Positions 55,702-64,000 of a DNA stretch of 64,000 bases are shown here, piece by piece (position 1 is the first letter of the stretch; every line of letters starts with the position of its first letter). Made by a program: the position numbers and the translations under genes. The notes below the pieces were generated by a model that did no database searches, was not told where the DNA came from, and saw only the letters and a list, made by a program, of their open reading frames with translations. The DNA is from Octopus bimaculoides (Eukaryota), in assembly GCF_001194135.2 (NCBI RefSeq), contig NC_068981.1:2312437-2376436 (forward strand). Reading direction: 5' to 3'.

Positions 55702-57261
55702 ATCCCCAGTGTTGAATTGGTACTCATTGGTACTCAAGAGGGATGAGAGGCAAAGTTGACGTTGGCAGCATTTGAACTCAGAATTAAAAGGGCCAGAAGA
55801 AATGCTGTCAAGTATTTTGTCTGGCACAGTAACAATTCTGCCAGGCTTCCACCTTTACCCTCTTGTTACCATATTTATTTTGAGATGCTCTGTGTTTCTT
55901 TCAATTAATTTTAAATATAACAAAGAATTTAGTAAAATAACTCAGTTATCATTAAGCTAGTGTTAGGAACAAATTGTGACTAAGGTTTGGTGGAAGATTT
56001 TAATTCAAAACTTATGAAAACAAGACATTTGTACTACAGAGCCAGAGCTGGTTTCAGCCAGGTTGGTAACGAGAGGGTTAAAGAATAAGCACATAATGAC
56101 ACACTATTCCATGTGTGTACTGCTAAGATTAAAACATCCTGCAGATGACTGGTTCACAACATTATGAACAACAGGAAGTTATGCTCTATGAATGACACTT
56201 GTTGCCAATTATTTGAACAATTTCCCCTGTCATGGTGTTTTGTGTTTAATTTTATTTTATAGTCTAGAGTTCATGATTGGATTAAAAGTGGTCTCACAAT
56301 CTAAGAAGACAATTAGTTTTGGGGATTGGGTGAACTACTTGGGGGAAGTTGAAACCCTTAAGACTCTACTTCATGGAGTGATGAAGAAGTGATATGCAAT
56401 ATATTAAATATAGACGAAAATCAAAGCAACAGCAGCAAACATTAGCAAATAATATCAATGCACTTGGACTGTGCAACAGTGCATCATGCAATGCATTTTG
56501 TCCCCCAACCTCACCCTGTTCCTTAGAGTGCCCTGGGAACTTTGATACTTTAAGGTTTCTACATTTCTTAATGTATTGTAGGACATTTTAATGACAAGGC
56601 ATCAACACAATCAAATTACAGTTGGATGGCCGTTGCCAGGACCACCAGACTGGCCCTCGTGCCAGTGGCATGTAAAAGCACCCACTACACTCTCGGAGTG
56701 GTTAGTGTTAGGAAGGGCATCCAGCTGTAGAAACTCTGCCAGATCAGATTGGAGCCTGGTGCAGCCATCTGGTTCACCAGTCCTCAGTCAAACCGTCCAA
56801 CCCATGCTAGCATGGAAAGCAGATGTTAAACAATGATGATGATGAATCTCTGTTGAACATTTATAAATTAATATGCCTAACATATAATTAATGTATTTTC
56901 TGAAGCAGTTTCTCAAGACAAGGAAAAGAAATTCAATCTTATATTTAGAGCTACGATCTTCAAATTAGGTAAAAACTGATTTGCTTTTATCAAATCTGTC
57001 ATAAAAATATTCAAAATGCTGAACAATGTAATCCGAGATAAATTTAATAAAAAAAATAAATATTAATTGGATTGCCAAGAAAATGATGATGGAATTATTT
57101 AAGATAATATATTGTGTGATATTTGTAATGATGATTCTGCTAAGATTGTGTATCACATTATGAGTCTAATAAATTAGCAATTAATCCCTACCATGTCAGC
57201 AGAGAATTTAAGTGTACTAGCTACTGTCATAGAAACTACAATAAATTATAAATCCACTTAC

Positions 57262-57340
57262 CTTTGTTAAGAGGTAAAGACATGTGGTAACTGCTGAAAA
57301 CATCTCCTAGAATTGAATTTCCTTTCCCAAAGATTGAGTG
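57262..57340 (-). CDS. Candidate upstream SPG7 exon (HSIFGKGNSILGDVFSSYHMSLPLNK)
   Basis: tttttag acceptor and strong AAG|GTAAGT donor. Only the phase 0 to phase 1 frame is open, and it fits the phase-1 start of exon 41761-41915. No recognisable homology. Confidence 0.4.
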
Positions 57341-57554
57341 CTAAAAATTCAGACATAAAAACATGGAATATAAAAGTGAATATCAAAAGTTAATATTGTA
57401 ATTTATTTTAACAAAGTTATACACAAAGATTAAGGACAGAAATGGAGTAATAAGGCCTTAAAAAAGGTGCTCCCAGAGAGGGATAGTACTCAGAACAATG
57501 GTGAAGGATCCCAAGTAATTTTTGGATCCTATTTTAGAGAAAGATAAGGAGTAA

Positions 57555-57925
57555 CAAGCGAAAAGATGGGTAAAGTTCAAAAACTCAATGCATGGGTGCT
57601 GCACATTCTGAATGGAAGAGACAAAGTCCAGTGCTTCTCTATTATCAGGAATTTGCATGTTTGACACCATGCAGACACAGAGGCTTTTTTACCACATCAA
57701 ATCAGCAATGAGAAATGATATCTTTATATCAATACAAAGTAGAAGAAAGAATGGCTGAGCCCCTAAAAGCAAGCAACAACTCAGACCAAGCCAAAGTTGC
57801 ATGCAAGCCAATGATCTGCATTTGGTGGGGTTAGGAGGGGCTAATCTACTATGAAATGCTTGAAAACAACCACATGGTTAATGCAGAGTTATGTTCAACA
57901 AATACATTGGCTTAATGGCACAACC
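57555..57925 (+). pseudogene. Decayed mariner transposase
   Basis: GKVQKLNAWVLH (WVPH motif), YLYINTK*KKEWLSP, MICIWWG*EGLIYYEMLENN..VNAEL, with stops and frameshifts. Confidence 0.82.
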
Positions 57926-58169
57926 CAGCTGATATGGCCGAACTAATGTCACAACAGGCTTCTTCAAAAAAACAAAACAAAACAAAGCTTGCCCCTACTG
58001 ACCCAACAGATATATACATGTACACACACACATATATGTGTAGATTTTGATAAGGGGTTCAGGCAGGATCATACAGCTGGATACTCTGCCAGTAGCCAAA
58101 TCTAACATGTTTTTCAAGTTAAAGTAATAACTGCACAAAAGAAATCAAATATAACAAGAATATAACACA

Positions 58170-58825
58170 ACCCAAATCTCAACACAGAAACAAAATCTGG
58201 CATAATCCACCATATAGTCTACAAATCAAAAACATTTAACTTTTGCAAGAAACATTGTCCACCTAATCACATATACCACAATGTCCTAATTAAAAACACC
58301 ATTAAAAAAATCTATTCTATTACAGAAAATTATAGAAAAAATATCAGATATCAACTCAAAAGCTGAAACTGCAATAATAGAAGCACATGATTACTCTCTT
58401 AGGAAAATGACTTAGTAAGGAAATAGTTCATACTAACCCTTCATTTTCACCACATCCCATAGTTTCCTTTGCTTCTTAGTTCACTCAACCACTCAAACTT
58501 ATTCTTTACAAATCAGATTAACTGCCAACTCCTTTAAAAGTAGACTTAACCAACACCCACACACACTCGTTTAATAAGAAAAACAATTCCCTCTCTATCT
58601 GAATATGCATGGAAATCAAAAGCCTTCAACACCTCATATAACTTCTCTTGGAAAACCCTCTCCCATGCATAACCATACCAACATAGGAACAAAAAAATTT
58701 AAAAATGTCAACTTTGCACTTCCAAATCATGAAATTTTATTCTCTTAACTAAAGCAAGTTAATAAACATTCTGAAATAACCTTCTCTTGTAGCCACCAAA
58801 CTTATAAAATGCTGAAATACTCTAA
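58170..58825 (+). pseudogene. Decayed Penelope-like element ORF, C-terminal/GIY-YIG region
   Basis: Frameshifted peptides in the expected order: HRNKIWHNPPYS, KHCPPNH..NTIK.IYS, FKSRLNQH, SLSEYAWK, YNFSWKTL, CQLC, NKHSE..SCSH. Confidence 0.72.
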
Positions 58826-59161
58826 CTCCATACAATTTACTAATAGATAACTGTCTATTCAAATAAATACATTCCCTTAACTAATTATTTCTCTGAACAT
58901 TTTGAAATTCTATTAATGAACCATTTACTAGATTAAGAAATTTCATTTTATGTACATATCTATTTAGATGCATCTTTATAATGTGTTTGCAGTTTTCTAC
59001 TCATAAGAATTAACTTGTAACATTCTATATACACTATGTTACATGTGTATAATGGTATGCAAACAAATATACTTCTATGCATTTAGCATGCTTCTATTCA
59101 GGAACACATATGATTATTCATTTGTGCATACATTTCTATTTGCATATAAACATTTATATAG

Positions 59162-59162
<1 letters not shown>

Positions 59163-59224
<62 letters not shown>
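59163..59224. repeat. (TG)n microsatellite, representative of many (CA)n, (TA)n, (AG)n, (ATG)n and (AAT)n tracts
   Basis: Direct inspection. These tracts produce the low-complexity ORFs in the ORF track. Confidence 0.95.
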
Positions 59225-59225
<1 letters not shown>

Positions 59226-59389
59226 ATGTGGAACCAGCTATCACTGTTGAAAGGGAAACCCTGCAGTCTGTTGATAAGTTCATGTACCTCATCAGCACAC
59301 GAGTGACTCAGTGAATCAGTGTGAAAAGGGAGAGGCAACGGGCTGGCCACCAAGCTGAATTATTACTGCCTATGTTACTGTATGCCTGC

Positions 59390-59930
59390 AAGACTCAGAT
59401 CGCTTGAGAACATCATGCCAAAAAGCTAAACCATTTCCACATAAAAGGACTAAGAAAGCTATTGGTCCCAGACACAGAGGTCTTATCTCAAACTGATCTG
59501 CTGAGGAGAGTGCAAATCAGATGGGCAGGCCACCTTGGTCGAGTGCCTGACATGTAACTCCCCAAAAGACTGTTTTACAATGAACTGGCAGAAGGCAAGG
59601 ACATGCAAGGTGGACAGAAAGAGCGCTTCAGGGACACACTCAGAACGTCACTGAAGACCTTTGGGATCAACTCTGACACCTGGGAAACACCTGGGAAAGA
59701 CCACCTTTCCTGGCAAAGTTGCACTAACAGCAGGGGTGCCACCTCTTACAAACAGAACAGGGTTGCAGGAGCACAAAGAGACTGTGAAACTGCACAGGTC
59801 CAGAGTCAATTCCCTGCCTTCAGTCTGACCTATAGCAGAACTTTCCAAGTTTGCATTAGACCGACCAGTTACAGCTGGACACACTGGCCTGTCTTCTTCT
59901 CCCATTTCATGTCCTTGGTCATCATCAACA
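59390..59930 (+). mobile_element. RTE/BovB-like LINE 3' fragment
   Basis: PDTEVL, QIRWAGHL.RVPD..LPKRLFYNEL..GK...GGQKERFRDTLRTSLK.FGI..DTWE. Confidence 0.82.
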
Positions 59931-60223
59931 ACAATAGATGAACTAATAATGATGTGTGTATCATCATCATCATCATCATCTTCGTTTAATGTCTGCTTTC
60001 CATGCTGGCATGGGTAGGACGATTTGACTGAAGAAAAGATACCCTGATGCTGAGCTCTTACAACTACACTGAAACATAACACAAGTATACATACACGAAT
60101 GTGTATGTATATTTGTGTTATGTTATTCATAGATACACACACACATATTCTTGGTTAAGAACAATATTATACACACACACATGCATATTTATACACATAT
60201 AACATAAATATAAAATGGATGAT

Positions 60224-60493
60224 ACAGTTCTATATTTAAAAGATGAGGAATTATGTACATTATTTACATTTGACGGATATTTGTTCTCATCTTGTTTATT
60301 GTTAACACGTTTCGGCTGATATACCCTCCAGCCTTCTTGGAGAAATTTCAAACTTGGGTTCTCATTCTTAAGGTATTTTTCGATATTATTATTATTATTA
60401 ATTATTAATTATTATTCAGGCCACTGCCTGGAATTGAACTCGGAATATTGTGGTTAGTAGCCCGCGCTCTTAACAACTACGCCATATGCCCAT
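60224..60493 (-). mobile_element. Same element, solo head-to-tail copy with CTGATGA deleted
   Basis: Matches the other copies over head, (AAT)n linker, body and tail. Confidence 0.82.
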
Positions 60494-61389
60494 ATGTAAA
60501 GTGATTGGCATTAGGAAAAGGATCCAGTTGTAAAAACCATGCCATAGCAGACAGTGGCACTTGACACAATTTATAGGCTTACCAGCTCCTGTCAAACTGC
60601 CTAAACCATGCCAGCAGGGAAGATGAGTGTTAATTCACACTACTTTAATGCTTTTGTTACCATAGTTCTGTTGAAATACACTGCCTTTGTTTCAATTAAT
60701 TTTGAAAATAATGAAGCGTTTATTAAAATAGTTTTGTCATTTGCTCTGTCAGAACCAATTCCAGTGGACAATGGTGTTAAATAGGAGACCTGTGCCGACA
60801 TACTTTGTGATGGTGATTGCTCGTTTATTTAAACACTATGATCTAACCATCTTTCTTTGCTATTGCACAATAACTAAACTACTTAATCTAAAACGTTTCA
60901 AAACTAAATCAAAAACCATTATAACTTTTATTTCTGATTTGTTGTATGCTAATAATTGTGTTCTTATGGATACATTTTATTTTCTTTGCCAGTGCCTTCA
61001 TCATCATCATCAGGGATGGAATCCAGCAGACTTAGGTATTGGCTGATGAGAGCATAGGAGCAACATGGAGCTGAGGCAACCATAGCTCTTCAGGGCCTCT
61101 ACTATCAGACTATTGGATGGCGGCACTTCCACTAATACCTATGCTTCTAAGAACAATAATGCTCTTCGGCTTGCCAGTTTCTTGACATTTTACACGTGTT
61201 GTTTTCCCTGATATATTTTTTTATGGTTCCCTAATTATGTGTACAAGTAGCTCATACTTACAGTGAGAGAAGGTGAAGATAAAATGAGAACGTGATAAAA
61301 AAGAAAGAAATAAAATAAGAAATTAGTAGAAAAAGGGAAACAGAGAGAGGAAAGCAAAAGAGTGATGGAAAGACACAGTGTGAGTTGAG

Positions 61390-61444
<55 letters not shown>

Positions 61445-61775
61445 NNNNNNNNNNNNNNNNNNNNNNNNNNNNNNNNNNNNNNNNNNNNNNNNNNNNNNNN
61501 NNNNNNNNNNNNNNNNNNNNNNNNNNNNNNNNNNNNNNNNNNNNNNNNNNNNNNNNNNNNNNNNNNNNNNNNNNNNNNNNNNNNNNNNNNNNNNNNNNNN
61601 NNNNNNNNNNNNNNNNNNNNNNNNNNNNNNNNNNNNNNNNNNNNNNNNNNNNNNNNNNNNNNNNNNNNNNNNNNNNNNNNNNNNNNNNNNNNNNNNNNNN
61701 NNNNNNNNNNNNNNNNNNNNNNNNNNNNNNNNNNNNNNNNNNNNNNNNNNNNNNNNNNNNNNNNNNNNNNNNNNN

Positions 61776-61810
<35 letters not shown>

Positions 61811-61821
61811 GTATGTATGTA

Positions 61822-63129
61822 CTAGCTGCTGGACCTGGCATTGCTCGTGTTTTCCATGTTGAAGTTAAGCTCACCTCTGACCTTGTATTGAAATCTCCTA
61901 CATTCCCCGTGCCAACTATTACACTTCAAGATGTTATATCTGGTTCAGCAGGAATTCTACCCGGCTAACACTTTCGACATACTCCTACATACTGTACTGT
62001 CTGAAATTGCAGTCAAACTTTTGGGTGTACCTCGACCCGTTGAGAGTGATCTTTATTTATTTCTCTCCCCTTAATGCCACCCTCTGTACAAAATTGATCA
62101 GCAGGTCCAATCTCAGCAAAATCCAAAGAAAAGTGTTAAGGTTATGTCATAAAATAGAATCCATGTGACCATTTATATGAAAATATCCCATTGACTTTTA
62201 AATCCCAATATATTATATGAATAATCAATGTTTCATATGTCGAAGTGCTTAATTTTACACATGGGTCAATTTTCTTCAAAATCAGTTCATCATTTTATTG
62301 TGAATGAATTTTGACGATTTCTACCTTTCACCAATTTAATTTTAATTCTGCTACATAACTCCGACTATAAACATTACCTAAATGTCAAATTTCATCAAAA
62401 TCAGATAAATTCTGTAAAAGTTACAGCATAAAATATTAATCCTGTGGGTAATTGCATACAAAAAGCCTACTGATTTCTTAAAATCACCCACTGAGGTGCA
62501 ATTAATGATTTTTTTCTCAACTCATCATGCTGGCATCAACTAATGGACATGAACTGTAATCATGTATAAAATTTCTACAAAATCGATAAGAATGTCTCTA
62601 AGGAAATGCTTATTTGCATTTGTGCCCTTTTCAAGCCCTTTTGAATTAAATGAACACCTTTACACTCTCCCCCACCACAAAATTTACCTACAACTCAAAT
62701 TTCGTTAAAATCAAATAAAAAATACAAAAATTACAGCCAAAAATAAAATCCTTGTTGGTATTTGCACGTAAAAAGCTTATTGATTTTATAAAATCACTGC
62801 TCAAGCACAATTATCAATTTTTTGTCAATGCCATATACTGACATCACCTCACTACCATAAGTCTCGCTCACTCATTGATTTTCATTAAAATTCAGACAAA
62901 AATGCAAAAGCTGTAGGAAAAATAACATTGTTATGGGAATGTCCATTCAAATGCCTGATTCAGCTAACAAAACTCAATACCAATTGAGCGTTAACGAGCT
63001 TTCGAAAAATTCTGGCCTGATTTGAACTACCTTTGTGACAAAAATCCTTAAAATCAGTTGGACAGTGTGGGAGGAGTTAAAGTACCACCCCCACACAGAC
63101 AGACACCATTACACATTTATGTATATAGA
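61822..63129 (-). mobile_element. Non-autonomous Helitron
   Basis: On the minus strand: A|TCTATATAC 5' end and CGAGCAATGCCAGG...GCTAG|T 3' end. Internal ~330-bp diverged direct repeats with AAATTTCATCAAAATC-type motifs. Confidence 0.72.
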
Positions 63130-63145
63130 TGTATGTATATATACA

Positions 63146-63205
<60 letters not shown>

Positions 63206-63723
63206 CGACGGGCTTCTTTCAGTTCCCGTCTACCAAATCCACTCACAAGGCTTTGGTCAGCCCGAGGCTATAGTAGAAGACACTTGCCCAAGATGTCATG
63301 CAGTAGGACTGAACCCGAAACCATGTGGTTGGTAAGCAAGCTACTTACTACACAGCCACTCCTACGCCTATATTTATATATATATACATACATAAATATA
63401 TATGTATATATACACATGCCATGATAGATCACTAGCCACTAAACCTTTTTTATTTTCTCTCCCTGTATATTTCTGTGTTCCTTTCTGTCAAAGAACGTAG
63501 GCTCGAAACGTAAAAGACTTTCTTACTTCCTGAGCGTTAAACTAATAGGCCTATAGTTTTTGGCATCTGCTCTGCTTCCCCATTTATGGACTGGGCATAT
63601 TATTCCCTACATAATATATACACATACATATAGACATATATATATACATATATACAAATATATATTCACATAGATATACACATATATATGTATACATATA
63701 TATACATACATATATATATATAT

Positions 63724-64000
63724 CGCTGCCAGTGCCCCTGGACTGGCTCATGTGTGGGCGACACATGAAATCTTTCGAGCGCCACCGTTGCCAGTGCCCC
63801 TGGACTGGCTCATGTGCAGGCGACACATGAAATCTTTCGAGCGGGATCGTTGCCAGTGCCCCTGGACTGGCTCATGTGTGGGCGACACATGAAATCTTTC
63901 GAGCGAGATCGTTGCCGGTGCCCCCGAGCTGGCTCTTGTGCGGGTGACACATGAGGTTTTTCGAGCGAGATCGTTGCCGGTGCCCCTGGACTGGCTCTTG
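63724..64000 (+). repeat. Tandem array of ~62-bp family-A 5' units (continues past the window end)
   Basis: At least 4.5 copies of TCGTTGCCAGTGCCCCTGGACTGGCTCATGTGYGGGCGACACATGAAATCTTTCGAGCG. Confidence 0.92.

Noticed and set aside
58100-58950. AT-rich tract initially resembling a mitochondrial insertion
   Set aside because: Peptide remnants match a Penelope-like ORF, not mitochondrial genes.
63724-64000. CRISPR-like appearance of the tandem array
   Set aside because: Units are contiguous with no unique spacers, no cas genes, and the context is eukaryotic.

Overview
AT-rich, repeat-dense animal genomic DNA with several N-gaps. The SINE and microsatellite landscape suggests an octopus (inference, not a database result). 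The only well-supported gene is a minus-strand mitochondrial m-AAA metalloprotease, paraplegin (SPG7). Fifteen coding exons between 41915 and 11888 were reconstructed with GT-AG sites and consistent phases. One expected exon is missing and probably lies in the gap at 29632-30293, and the 5' exons are unresolved. The introns and flanks carry several SINE families, RTE and Penelope-like retroelement relics, mariner/Tc1 relics and MITEs, piggyBac-type MITEs and Helitron-like elements. The most interesting signal is a ~260-bp SINE-like element found at six loci. It joins a tRNA-like Pol III head to a minimal hammerhead ribozyme motif. At four loci it forms a head-to-head inverted pair in which one arm has an extra 33-bp tail, with 12-14-bp target-site duplications resolved at three. 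This looks like a Penelope-mobilised, ribozyme-bearing SINE. A second hammerhead-type repeat and a decayed Penelope GIY-YIG ORF lie in the same window.
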